Source: a virus
Lineage: Duplodnaviria; Caudoviricetes
Virus record (IMG/VR): IMGVR_UViG_3300037205_000035
Coordinates: 1-63,395 of that record
DNA: 63,395 bases
Strand: one strand, 5' to 3'
Positions 28,867 to 40,063 of this stretch are shown piece after piece (position 1 is the first letter of the stretch; every line of letters starts with the position of its first letter). Below the pieces are notes generated by a model, which worked only from the letters and a program-made list of their open reading frames with translations, did not search any database and was not told where the DNA came from. The position numbers were made by a program, and so were the translations under genes.

Positions 28867-29235
28867 TTAGTTTGTCTCCACGATTACAGGCGTGAACTGT
28901 AACGTAAACGCTTTATCGTGGAAGTAGTTCACCTTGTTCTCGCGTAACACTCGCTCTGAATCTACAGGCTTGTAGCGAGTAGGATCATAGCTGAGTGTGA
29001 GATGAAACAGCTTCTTATCCTTGCGAAATCGGCTGTTATCCACCTTGACAGCGAGTACCTGCATACCCGGCGCGTTCAAGTATCCAATCACTTTCAGTTC
29101 CCGCGCCGTCGAAACGATGCGGGATGGAAAGTAGACTGTTACATGATCAGCCTTAATAGCAGGATTCTTAGGCGGAAACGTAGCAAGCACCATGTTACGT
29201 GATTGATCCGTAAGTTGTAATGCACTGTATGGCAT
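28867..29235 (-). CDS. 2H phosphoesterase-family protein
   Basis: Two HxT motifs (DHVTV, FHLTL) in 122 aa; GGAG before ATG 29235. Confidence 0.65.
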   Translation of the reverse strand: MPYSALQLTDQSRNMVLATFPPKNPAIKADHVTVYFPSRIVSTARELKVIGYLNAPGMQVLAVKVDNSRFRKDKKLFHLTLSYDPTRYKPVDSERVLRENKVNYFHDKAFTLQFTPVIVETN

Positions 29236-29294
29236 AAGAGTTCTCCAAAGCTCAATAGAGCACTCCCCACTATTCGTAAACAGTGGGGTTTGCA

Positions 29295-29810
29295 CTACTC
29301 AGTAAATGGTATCTGAAATGTTTGCCTGATATATACGGATTGCTGTTGTCTAGCAGCAGCATACGTAGCATCAGCAGCAGCATACGCAGCAGCATACGCA
29401 GCAGCATACGTAGCATCAGCAGCAGCATACGCAGCAGCATACGCAGCAGCATACGCATCAGCAGCAGCAGCACGAGCAGCAGCAGCAGCAGCATCAGCAG
29501 CATACGCAGCAGCAGCATCAGCAGCATACGCAGCAGCAGCATCAGCAGCATACGCAGCAGCATCAGCACGAGCAGCAGCAGCAGCAGCATCAGCAGCATA
29601 ACGCGAGTTTTTTGCGTCATCTGCAAACTTCCTAGCGGCTACTGGCAACAGTGCAATGTTGCTTGATACGATTGAATGCCCTATCCACCACAGTAACCAT
29701 GATGGATTAGGGCAATTCTGCCATACCTCAACAGCAGTGCTGTATTGTTTGGCCCATGCCCTAGCTTCTGTACACGCGCCAATCGATTTCAGGTGTTCGT
29801 GAATGTTCAT
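29295..29810 (-). CDS. Ala-rich repeat protein 3, paralog of 25580..26527
   Basis: HLKSIGACTEARAWA..EVWQNCPNPSWLLWW. Confidence 0.7.
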   Translation of the reverse strand: MNIHEHLKSIGACTEARAWAKQYSTAVEVWQNCPNPSWLLWWIGHSIVSSNIALLPVAARKFADDAKNSRYAADAAAAAARADAAAYAADAAAAYAADAAAAYAADAAAAAARAAAADAYAAAYAAAYAAADATYAAAYAAAYAAADATYAAARQQQSVYIRQTFQIPFTE

Positions 29811-30008
29811 ATACGCTCCAAACCACCACCTAAGCAACACCTATTTATGACCCGTTGAGACTCCGTAATAGCTAGTCTCTAATCTCTAATGCACACGGTA
29901 ACGTGCTAGGTCTTAGGTGGTGGATTGCAGCGTGCAATCTAATCGTCTAGTAGCCTTGCAATCATGCTCTATCTATTAGGCGATTAGATTGCCTAAACTG
30001 TAATGGTT

Positions 30009-30302
30009 ACACTCGAATAGCCTAGTGAACCTGCTAGAGTTCACTTAACCTCCCGTTTGATTTTGATCATTGACTTAATCTCAATGTCTCTACCAGTCTT
30101 GAGGTTCTGAAAGATGTAATGCCGACGAAGGCTCCGTGTTAGGAATCCGTTCCCACCACGTTCTACCTCGCCAATGAATTGAGCCTCAGTGAATCCGCCC
30201 GAATACTGCACACGATAAACCTTGCCACGTTCCAACGTTATTGCAGACATTCTTGTATTCTCCTATTGTCCTGTTAGCAGGATCATTAGGCTATTCGAGT
30301 GT
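30009..30302. repeat. 28-bp inverted repeat (26/28) enclosing gene 30041..30250
   Basis: ACACTCGAATAGCCTAGTGAACCTGCTA (30009-30036) vs TAGCAGGATCATTAGGCTATTCGAGTGT (30275-30302). Confidence 0.85.
30041..30250 (-). CDS. Small hypothetical protein, probably first gene of the leftward operon
   Basis: AGGAG SD. Confidence 0.65.
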   Translation of the reverse strand: MSAITLERGKVYRVQYSGGFTEAQFIGEVERGGNGFLTRSLRRHYIFQNLKTGRDIEIKSMIKIKREVK

Positions 30303-32518
30303 TGACACTTTCGCCAACACTCCACTAGCAGCCAATCTTTCAGCCTGTAGCTTGCGCTCATCACCCGTAGGCGATATCGGGGTTACTTGATTGACTGGTA
30401 GTAGAGTGCTGGTTAATCGTGGATTGATTTTAATTAGCATGTTCTCAGTTACTCAATCAAGTACTGAGGTTAGCCGATATTGAGACTTGAGACTGCATTC
30501 GCTCATTAGCTTGAGGGATTAACCATAGCGCGAGTCCAAAGACTGAATCTATGGTGTGTACCATTCCGTTAAACTTGCGAAACTCATGATCACTACCAAT
30601 TCGCACACTGGCCATTTGCACGCGATTACGGCCTGTACAGTCAATTCGTAACTCATGGGTGACCACTTATAACCATCGTGAGACTCTGCCGCTAGAATCG
30701 GCATACACGCGATAGAGTACAGCATTCGTCTAGGATCACTCATTGAGCATTGAATCGACCGATACAGGCCACAATCAATAGCAATGGAGCTGGGAGAACT
30801 GATAGGGATTCTTAAGAGGAGGATATCGGGAATAGCGTTGGTATAGGTGCAAGTGCTGTACCGTCGAATGACTCAGTACAGGCTACCGTGGGAGGTTCGT
30901 TTACTCTCACTTGCGCGTCACAACATGGTTCTACTATGCACTGCTACCAGACCCTAATCGCCTCATGCTACCAGTCATAGCCAAGCCGTTTGTAGTTCCC
31001 ACGATACCCTGTAACCCAGTTCACTCAAGAACAATGGAGTACAAGCCCATAGGACGGCCGCATCCTGATATCCAGCGTCAACCATGACGCCAACACAACA
31101 TGAGAGTAAGGGCGCTGCAATCCAGCTTGCGCTATCGCGTAATCACTGGACTGTCATCGCAGTGCAGGAAGTCAACCTGCTACTCACTCATTAGGTCAGT
31201 CCGCTATTGGGCTTTACCACCTGACCTTCGCGCTAGATATTGCAGGACCATAACCAAACGCTAACTATAAGCAAACAATGATTGTCTATTAGGCATAGGT
31301 GTATTCAGAATTCACACTAAGAAACAATAAAGAACTGATAACCTCAATTCAGTCAATAGGTTAGACTGTGGAAATAGTGTGCTTTCACAGTGTGAAGCTT
31401 TTTCACAGTGAATAGATGGCGAATAGGACTACATCATAGTGTAGTCATTACAGCATGGTCTAGCTAGGGTATGCTCCATTGCTGATAGTGTAGAGCTTCG
31501 CTCTACCCTACACCACTGTAGCTATGCTCCCAACATCGCCACAACCAGCACCACGGCCATCTCGCACAATGGCCGTTCTTGCTGTCTAGTGGCCTCGCCA
31601 CGCGATCATACGGCGAGCTTTGATCAGTCCGCATGGTCGTGTTTCGACCATAAGCTCACAGGCTGCAAATGGGCTATAGTGATGGTTACTATAGTAGCTA
31701 TTGCTATAGTTATCATTGGTATAGCTTCGATGAGGCGCGCTCGTGCTTTTTTCACACCCGTTTTGCGCCCGCTAAGCACGCCAATAGCCAATCTCCACCA
31801 CGCGCCCACTGAGGTACTCGACATGTCGCAGTGTCAGTCTCGTGCTTCGATTGCACCACGACGCTGCTAGCAGCCTTAGATTGAGTGTGTCAAAAGCGAA
31901 CATGAAGCGAACAAATAGCACTGCTATCTGCCCATCAGCACTGTCAGAATGGACACTTTGAAGCGCAAAGCAGCCTCAAAAGTGGCAAAAAGTGTAACGA
32001 TTACAGTTCTCGATCCGGGTGGTGGGGGGTACTACATGACGGGGGTGCTGAGAACGCCCCGCATATGTTCAACTGCATATGTTCAACTCCACGTATGTTA
32101 ATTTGTTGGTGTGCATTTTTATGCCTATTAGCAGAATTGTCACCAAACTTTATTCTTGACCAACTGTAATGATTACACTGAAAATAAGCACCCCCATTTT
32201 TCTGTAGTATTTTTGACAATTATTGGGTGCTGTAAAATGATGCGACGCTATATCAATCAAGTTTAGAAAATAACGCTGTATCGTATATGAGCTACGCTCA
32301 TATCCTCTTAGGGCTGGCCTTCGGCCATCCCTATGCTATGATGCTATCATGCCAGATGATAAACAGGTTTGTATTGAATGTGATGGGTGTGGAACTATGG
32401 CAGATGACTCTATCTGCAAGTTATGCAAGGGAATTGGTTTAGTAAAATCAGGACAACCCCTATCCTTAGAGGATATTTGGGCTGAATATATTGAGAAAAG
32501 AAATAGTGGGGGAGTGAA

Positions 32519-33217
32519 GTGAGAGGCAAAATTAAGAAAATCCTCAACCGTAAGATGTCTAAAGTCAAGAAGCACCCCCTAGAATCTGACGAAGATAACC
32601 CACTCGAAATAGACAATCAAAGTATGGATGACGGTGTAATCATTACACCAGACGTACCTATCTCTCTGCCAAAATCAACAAACGCATTCAAAACCAGATC
32701 AAAAAAGTCAGGCAAGGGGACTTACTACAGCGAAGTATTGGCTGATCGTATCCTTGAGCGCGTGGCTGCTGGTGAAGACTTGCGACGAATCTGTAAAGAG
32801 GATGGGTTCCCCCCTGCCCACATAGTTCTTAGTTGGTTCTTGTACCCAGACGAGATCGAGAGGCCCAACTTTGCTGCCAGATTCGAGAAAGCTACTACGA
32901 TTGGACTACATATGATGGCAACAGAGATAGTCTCTATTGCTGATGATAGTGGGAAAGATAAAGTGAAGAAGATGGTGGACGGCAAGACAATTGAGGTTGT
33001 TGACACTGAACACATTGCTCGTGACAAGCTTCGCATAGATACAAGAAAGTTCATCCTACAACGTAAACTACGGAAAGAATTTGGCGACAATGTGCAAGTG
33101 CAGCATTCCGGCACTATTGATTTAGCTGCACGACTCGCAAGTGCAAGGGGTAGGGCTGATCTACGCGAGTTACCAATCAATCGCAACACAACATTGATAC
33201 AGGGGGATAGCGATTAA
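32519..33217 (+). CDS. terS: Terminase small subunit (Sf6 gp1-like)
   Basis: YSEVLADRILERVAAGEDLRRIC...IADD...HIARDKLRIDTRK. Confidence 0.85.
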   Translation: MRGKIKKILNRKMSKVKKHPLESDEDNPLEIDNQSMDDGVIITPDVPISLPKSTNAFKTRSKKSGKGTYYSEVLADRILERVAAGEDLRRICKEDGFPPAHIVLSWFLYPDEIERPNFAARFEKATTIGLHMMATEIVSIADDSGKDKVKKMVDGKTIEVVDTEHIARDKLRIDTRKFILQRKLRKEFGDNVQVQHSGTIDLAARLASARGRADLRELPINRNTTLIQGDSD

Positions 33218-33369
33218 TGTAATGATTACAGTTTTATGTTATATGGGGCCAAGTATCACGCCTATTTGCGTAAGTTTTCTGCCCCCTTCATCATTACGAA
33301 ATCGCGCTACGCGCAATTCCGCACATGATTCGGGGATAAAGCAGGATCAAAATAGCCCAAAATAAGGCA

Positions 33370-33398
33370 TTGACAGCTTGTTTTTGATCTGATATAAT
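33370..33398 (+). promoter_or_regulatory. Consensus sigma70 promoter
   Basis: TTGACA-17-TATAAT with extended TG. Confidence 0.8.
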
Positions 33399-33696
33399 AT
33401 CATGTAGGGAGGGTCGTAGGGAGGTCCACATATACTAATTCATTAGTAGGCCCCAATTTTGATGATTGGAGCGTAGATACACTAATAGAATGGAGGGCGA
33501 AGCCCGACATTATAGTAGGGGAGCTAGTAAAGGTAAATCATGCGAGGATACAGGGTGTTAACAGTTGATGAGAAAGAGAAGATGTGGAAGTTTTTTAATC
33601 CACCCTACAACTTATCAATAGCTGTAATAGCACGGAGGTTTCAAACTACCTACAGAACGACGTGGGGAGCAACAGAAGGAAGGAAACGAAAACAGG

Positions 33697-34041
33697 ATGC
33701 TAAGAAAACTAACATGGAGTAGTGTATTGATTACACTTTCTGCTCTGTGTAGCAGTGCAGTAATGGACACTAAAACTTACTTTATGACAGGTGCCGGTGA
33801 AGCTATAGTGGATGGCACAGTATCTATATTAGATAGATCCAAGGCTCCAGCAATGGTGTATATGGATTCATCATGCAAGTATTTCTCTACCAATCCAGTC
33901 ATATTGGATAGTCGGGGAGGGGCACATATATTTATCAAGTCTGGATTATACATGATTAGAGCATACTCCAGAGATCAAAAGTTGGAGTGGATCATCAACA
34001 ACATATACATTGATAAATTGAATCAGATGGTATGCAGATGA
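33697..34041 (+). CDS. Tailspike head-binding-domain-like protein with signal-like N-terminus
   Basis: VYMD...TNPVILDSRG resembles TYTD...TNPVLTNSAG in 60070..61176. Confidence 0.45.
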   Translation: MLRKLTWSSVLITLSALCSSAVMDTKTYFMTGAGEAIVDGTVSILDRSKAPAMVYMDSSCKYFSTNPVILDSRGGAHIFIKSGLYMIRAYSRDQKLEWIINNIYIDKLNQMVCR

Positions 34042-34841
34042 GTGATATATCTACTCAATTAACTTTGAGAGAGCTTGTGGTCAGGCTACTAACTGCGGGT
34101 AATCATTTGACCGTAGCCTTATCTGACTTATCTAAGGGTTGGCAGGATTGGACTAGGGAAGAAGCTTTACGCCGATATGTAGGTCGGTGGCAGTATGATG
34201 TTTTGATTGCTTGTAGAACTGCGATGGACGTGTCTGCTGAGTATAGAAAAGGAGGATACTAATGAGTATTCAAGTCGGAGAATGGACTGGGATATATACG
34301 TATGGTCCCCCAGATCATAAAAATGGGGACATATTCAAGTTCGATGAGGCTATTCCAATCGAGGTACAGATAAAAGTAGGGGATGTACTTAGGTACATGA
34401 ATGAGTATGAGTTCAAAATACTAGAAGTTAAAGATAACCTAGTCAGGATGTGGGGGCCAACACCAATTAAAGATAAGTAGGTTACAACACATGGGCTGGT
34501 TTTGATTAACAAACCTTAATCATTTTAGGCTAGACTTCAGTGATGTTGGCGTTATACTGAAGGTGTGAGCAAGTCTTAGAAAGGAGACAACATGCACACT
34601 TTAACCTTAATCCTTGACGGGAAAACTGAAACTTTTCAACGAGTTACCTCTATCACACCGAAATCTGTAGGTAGAACTCCAGCAAACACTGGCATTTACT
34701 GCCAAGAGTGTGCTGAAGCTCTCCGATCAGATATGCTTAGCTGCCCTAACTGTGGGCAAGCGACGGTACGCTACTTGACAGCAGCGTAATCATTACACTT
34801 CTCCCAAACCCAGCCAATCGAGTGATCGAGTCTGGAAACAT

Positions 34842-34875
34842 AAGAGCCTTCAAGAGCAATCTTGGGGGCTTTTTT
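34842..34875 (+). terminator. Rho-independent terminator
   Basis: AAGAGCCTTCAAGA-GCAA-TCTTGGGGGCTTTTTT. Confidence 0.7.
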
Positions 34876-34889
34876 GTTAGGATATAGCC

Positions 34890-36536
34890 ATGCCTTTTCA
34901 ACGGGGGCAATCCAGCCCTATCATCAGCCCTCACTCAGACGGTGCTGACTTCTCTGAATCACAACTAGCTGATTTAGTCCTATCTTGTCACTATGACCCA
35001 CTTAAATTTGTGCAGATTGCCTATCCTTGGGGCGAAAAAGGGCCTTTAGAGAGGTATGAAGGCCCCGACACTTGGCAAGAAGATTTCCTAATTGAGTGGG
35101 GGGAGGCTCTTAAGAAAAACAATTTTGATGGTGAAAACCCAGTCCCACCAATTAGGATGACTCGTTCTAGCGGACATGGGGCGGGCAAAAGCGTGCTATG
35201 CGCCCAAATTACCCACTTTATTATGAGCACCCGGCCTCACTGTAAGGGGTCAGTTACAGCTAATACATACGGACAGCTTGAGACTAAGACATGGGCAACA
35301 GTTCAAAAATGGACTAAGTGGTTAATCTGCCGACACTGGTTTTCTATAACTGGGAGTAGACTATGGCAGAACGACTATAGAGAGTCTTGGTTTGTTGAAC
35401 CGCTGTCTTGTGCTGAGGAGAACTCAGAGGCGTTTGCAGGTCAACACGCAGCCGAATCAACATCTTTCTATATATTTGATGAGGGATCAAATGTACCCGA
35501 TAAGATTTATGAGGTTGCTGAGGGTGGAACAACAGACGGAGAAGCTATGCTGTTTGTGTTCGGCAACCCTACCCGCTCAAGTGGTAAGTTCTTCCGTATA
35601 AACTTCGGAGCAGATAGAAATAGGTGGAACCACAAAGCCATAGATAGTAGAACCTGTAGATATACTAACAAGCCACTAATAAAAGAGTGGGAAGAGGACT
35701 GGGGGGAGGACTCGGATAGGTTTAGGGTACGGGTCAAGGGCTTACCCCCGTCTGCATCAGATTTGCAATTCATTTCTACATCATTAGTTACTGCTGCAAA
35801 ACAGCGCCCACCTACCTATCTTAAGAATGATCCTGTCATAGCTGGGTTGGATATAGCTAGGGGTGGGGATGATAATGTTGTGATTAGGTTTAGGAAAGGT
35901 AGGGATGCAGCCTCAATACCACCTATAGTATTAGCTGGTCAGATGGTCAGGGATAGTACCTTACTTGAGAGTTTGGTAATTGATATCCTTAAGAATGGTG
36001 CTCCACTTAGACAGGCTGACGTAAAAGAGTCTGAGTATAATCCAGAGTCTACCGGACCCCGATCAAATAGAGTGCATGTTGATATGCTGTTTGCTGATGG
36101 AACTGGTGTAGGGGGGCCTATCTGTGATCATTTGAAAGCTATGGGGTATCGGGATAGAGTTGTGGAGATACAATTTGGTGCTGAAGCTCCAAACACAGCA
36201 GGATTTCAGGAATGTGCGAATATGAGAAGTTGGATGTGGGAAGGAATGAGGTCTTGGCTGGCTACGGGATCTATTGATGCTTCAACTGATCTTGAGAGTG
36301 ATCTTGTTAGCCCTATGTTCCATTATCGACCTTCTGATAATGCTCTTATATTGGAGAGTAAAGAGAGCATTAAGAAGAGATTAGGTGGATCTCCTGATAA
36401 TGGGGATGCACTAGCCCTAACATTTGCTAGGCCAGTGATGCCATTGAAATCTGACTCACAGATTAGGGCTGAGGAAGAGGCTGGAGAGACAGATTGGGAA
36501 ACTGGGGGATTAAATAGGGGTAGAGTATGGGGGTAA
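34890..36536 (+). CDS. terL: Terminase large subunit
   Basis: SGHGAGKS, IFDEG, GNPT, GLDIARGGDD, SPDNGDALALTF. Confidence 0.92.
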   Translation: MPFQRGQSSPIISPHSDGADFSESQLADLVLSCHYDPLKFVQIAYPWGEKGPLERYEGPDTWQEDFLIEWGEALKKNNFDGENPVPPIRMTRSSGHGAGKSVLCAQITHFIMSTRPHCKGSVTANTYGQLETKTWATVQKWTKWLICRHWFSITGSRLWQNDYRESWFVEPLSCAEENSEAFAGQHAAESTSFYIFDEGSNVPDKIYEVAEGGTTDGEAMLFVFGNPTRSSGKFFRINFGADRNRWNHKAIDSRTCRYTNKPLIKEWEEDWGEDSDRFRVRVKGLPPSASDLQFISTSLVTAAKQRPPTYLKNDPVIAGLDIARGGDDNVVIRFRKGRDAASIPPIVLAGQMVRDSTLLESLVIDILKNGAPLRQADVKESEYNPESTGPRSNRVHVDMLFADGTGVGGPICDHLKAMGYRDRVVEIQFGAEAPNTAGFQECANMRSWMWEGMRSWLATGSIDASTDLESDLVSPMFHYRPSDNALILESKESIKKRLGGSPDNGDALALTFARPVMPLKSDSQIRAEEEAGETDWETGGLNRGRVWG

Positions 36537-36992
36537 CTGTGGATAGTACATCAGGTGTGGCCGGTGATACATCGTCTGTAATCATTACAGCTAGTCTAGT
36601 GGGTAAGTACATAACCTTAGGGGGTAATGGCAGGTCTAAATCATTTAATATAGATAACTTTTTAGGAATTACTACTTGGTTAGTGGAAACATGTAAAAAA
36701 AAGCAGAATCCTGAGGTGGAGGACACTACAGATATTATTACTAAAAAATTAGAGGCAGAAAAGCTTAGACGGGGAGTTTAGGTGTGTTATATTGTGGGTG
36801 ATTTATGCTCCAGTTACGCACTGTAATCACTACACTCCTGATTCCTATCTTGCTACCTGCTACTAAAGTAGCGTCCCATCTACCTACAATTGCGGCTGGA
36901 GCTACAATAACCATATCTGCACTTGAGTTACCTGATACTATTAAGAAGTTCAAGAAAGCAATCAGGAAAGTAAAAAAGAAAGTGGTGGGACA

Positions 36993-37205
36993 TTGAAGAA
37001 CTGGAAAACGTCTTTGTTTGGTGTCATCTCTGCTCTAGCAATGTTTTCAATATCAGCCCCTGAACTATTTGTCAAGTGGATATGGGTTATCCCTACTGCT
37101 AAGTTTATTTTAGCGGGAGGGTTAGCTGGTATGGGACTAGTGGCTAAGGATGGTAGTACTCATTCTACCCCCACCGAAGTAAAAGAGGCGGGGTGGAAAG
37201 AGTAA
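36993..37205 (+). CDS. Putative holin (2 TM)
   Basis: MKNWKTSLFG, two hydrophobic segments, AKD. Confidence 0.55.
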   Translation: MKNWKTSLFGVISALAMFSISAPELFVKWIWVIPTAKFILAGGLAGMGLVAKDGSTHSTPTEVKEAGWKE

Positions 37206-37735
37206 TGGATGCCATTGACATCAAGAAATCAACAGATGAGATTATAGCCCAACTACCCGGAATAGAGGGGTTTGTTGAGGGGGCTAGATTAGCTATAACA
37301 GCATCTGTTAAGGAAGTAGTGAGTGAGGCTCTAGTTGCTGTGGCTGATGGAGTAGGGCAGTTGGTTAGTCTTGGTCAGGCTGTAGATGGTGCAACTGTAA
37401 CGATTACATCGTCAGCACCTATCACAATATCTATTCCAACCTTCACAGCCACTGTTTTGATGCCACTTAAGCCTAGTAAATAGTTCCAAAAGGAGTGTCT
37501 AAGATATGAACATTGCTACTAAAATTGTTCAACTGTGTGGACTAAAGGGACCATACAAGGATGATAATCAACTAGGTGACGCTCTTGCTTTAGGGTTTGA
37601 CTCAGCAGATAAAGAAGAAATCAAAAGCATGTTTTGTCTTCTAGCGTCCAGAGAACTTAGCAATTCAGATAATGTAAGTCTGGTTGACTACCAAAAGCAT
37701 TTGGCTAGTAGCTCTAGCCCGAAAGGATAAAACTT

Positions 37736-38227
37736 ATGAAACTAGCTGTAATCAGCACACTTTTTGCGACTGCTTTGTTTGGTCAAACTATAACCCCAGT
37801 AACTCCTACCTTCTCTAACCTGCCTAATTACTGGGCTGCTGTTGGGGGTGGGTATACTCAGGGGGGGTATTCTGAGGGTATTATTTCATTCGGTGCCAAT
37901 ATCGCTGGTAGTTACTATAGTAAGACTACCTTTGATGTATTCAAAACCTACACCAGTGTCCGTACTGGATTCTGCAAAGCTATGGCACAGTCTGGAAACT
38001 GGACACTTTTAGCCTGTGTTGATGCTGGCATTTCAACTGGAACTCCAGTTATAGGGAACTTTACTGGAGGAGCAACCGCTGCATATAATTTAGGCAACAA
38101 GTATAAGTCTTTGGCCGGTACATTTGTGGCTGTTGAGTTTCGAGTTACAGGGGCTACAACCAGCACTACAGTAGCTCCGAATCAAGTTACTCCGGGTGTT
38201 TTCTTAGCGGTTGGAAAGTCCTTTTAG
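37736..38227 (+). CDS. Signal-peptide protein, possible outer-membrane beta protein
   Basis: MKLAVISTLFATALFG-Q; alternating strands; C-terminal F. Confidence 0.45.
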   Translation: MKLAVISTLFATALFGQTITPVTPTFSNLPNYWAAVGGGYTQGGYSEGIISFGANIAGSYYSKTTFDVFKTYTSVRTGFCKAMAQSGNWTLLACVDAGISTGTPVIGNFTGGATAAYNLGNKYKSLAGTFVAVEFRVTGATTSTTVAPNQVTPGVFLAVGKSF

Positions 38228-38995
38228 CGTATGCAAGAAGCAGAGACTATTCATAGGACATTTGTTGCTGATTGTCCTAGTTGCCAGTCTAAATCTGTGC
38301 ATACGGATGAAGATTGGGATAAGCATCATCCTAACAACAGGCATGGATACTTGAGAGAAATAGGGTGGAGTAAAGAGGGTTTAAGTGCCTAAGATTGGAG
38401 TAGTAGTTGACGGGGTATGTTCAGACTGTGGGCATACTATACAAGTAGGGGAGTGGCCGTTTGCATGTGGTGGACATGGGGATCATATTCTCTACATGCG
38501 CTTATCATTTATGCCTAGTGGCCGAACTGTAGATTATGCTCCCCCCACTCCGATCTCACCAATTAAAGAACCACAGATGACAAGAACGTGGCTGAATCCT
38601 GATGGGTCAACGCGAGAGATGCACCCTAGAGAGTGGTGCAGGACTAATGCTGTAGATATGGCAGACGGTGTGAAAGAACCAAGTTATTTGAGGTAAAGAA
38701 ATGACAGCATCTTACGAGATAATTCCAGGATTCAAGTTGCCGAATGATGAGATGGTGATCTACGCAAAAGATCAACCTCAATATCTACAACTACCTATGT
38801 GGAAGGGGCCTGACCCTGAAGGTAGGAGAGTAGCTAGGTTTAAGCTTACTTGGAAAGAGCGAGTATCCGTGCTATTCTATGGATCAATCTGGCTAAGCGT
38901 TTTGACCTTTGGAAACTCACTTCAGCCTGTAAAACTTGACACAGACTGCCCTTTAATGGCTAGCGCAATGCTTGATGAAGAGGTATAATCTGACC

Positions 38996-39682
38996 ATGAA
39001 AACCTTTCTCCGGCGGTACTCGACTCTCTTCGTGATCCTGTTTGCTCTTATGACTGCTGTAATCATTACACAGACTCATGCGGCTACCATTGGTACTCTT
39101 GCTCAATTACCTACCTCATCTGGAGGGGTGTTTACCCAAGACAATTTGAACCAGATCAACACTAATGCAACTACAGCCAATACCAACTTCACTAATATCA
39201 ATACTGCCCTAACTACTGGTACAGGTATTGTCTTGACTAGTGCAACTGGTACACCAACTAATGCTGGTGTGTTCTTAGATACTGGAACTATTAATCTCAC
39301 GCTATCACAACTCCAGACCCTGAACTCTGTCGGATACACAATCCTTGCGGCTCCAGGCGCTACCAGCATGTACCAGATGGGGGGCTGCACCCTCAACCTA
39401 ACGTATGGTAGTGCTGCATTCACTGGTGGTGGTACTGTCTCTATTGGGTATGGTACGACTAGTTCTCCTGCCACTAACGGAACTATAGCCTCTACCGTGT
39501 TCACAACCTTCTCAGCATCCCATGCTGTTATAGTGCTTCCTGTAGCTGTAGCTGTTACAGCCACTACTTCTCTAGTAAATAAGGCTATTGTGATGACTGC
39601 GGCATCTGCTGATTTTGCAGCGGGTACTGCGGCTACTGGACAGTTAGATTGCCAGTATAGGATTCTCACAGGAATATCTTAA
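38996..39682 (+). CDS. Thr/Ala-rich virion-type protein with signal-like N-terminus
   Basis: Composition and position before the portal. Confidence 0.5.
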   Translation: MKTFLRRYSTLFVILFALMTAVIITQTHAATIGTLAQLPTSSGGVFTQDNLNQINTNATTANTNFTNINTALTTGTGIVLTSATGTPTNAGVFLDTGTINLTLSQLQTLNSVGYTILAAPGATSMYQMGGCTLNLTYGSAAFTGGGTVSIGYGTTSSPATNGTIASTVFTTFSASHAVIVLPVAVAVTATTSLVNKAIVMTAASADFAAGTAATGQLDCQYRILTGIS

Positions 39683-39907
39683 TGTTGTCCTCTCTTCAAA
39701 GCATTCTACAACAGGAGATAGCTACACCTCTATCTAAGGCCCCTACTGTTGGCACTCTTAAGGCCAGTACGGGGCCTGCACGAGTGTTGAGGCAGAGGAT
39801 ACAGCCATACGTGTCTTCTGGTATTCCTGGTGTGAAGAAAGGGCGTAAGGTTAGTTTGAAAGCTCTTATGTCCCCAATTAGGACTAGTTATGTAGGGGGG
39901 GATACAA

Positions 39908-40063
39908 TTGGCACTAATTAAACCAAGTCATGTGGGACTGCTGCATAAGGATTTGGGCATACCACAAGGTAAAAAGATACCTTTGAGTGCTCTAATGCAG
40001 GCTAAGAAGTCTTCAAACCCAGCCGTAAGAAAGCGGGCAACCTTTGCCAGAAACTTCAGATAA
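39908..40063 (+). CDS. Small basic phage protein, 51 aa, not in the ORF track
   Basis: GLLHKDLGIPQGKKIP...RKRATFARNFR. Confidence 0.55.
   Translation: MALIKPSHVGLLHKDLGIPQGKKIPLSALMQAKKSSNPAVRKRATFARNFR

Noticed and set aside
29255-29295. GCAAACC...GGGAGTGC resembling a c-di-GMP-I riboswitch P2
   Set aside because: No GNRA loop, GCAAAGC or P3 receptor.
30338-30370. Minus-strand GTGATGA-GC-GCAA-GC..GAAA as a 19th hammerhead
   Set aside because: G3/G8 cannot pair, GAAA does not follow stem II, and no NUH/stem I is found.
31391-31407. CRP-like site TGTGA..TCACA
   Set aside because: Spacer is 7 nt rather than 6, and no promoter context is established.
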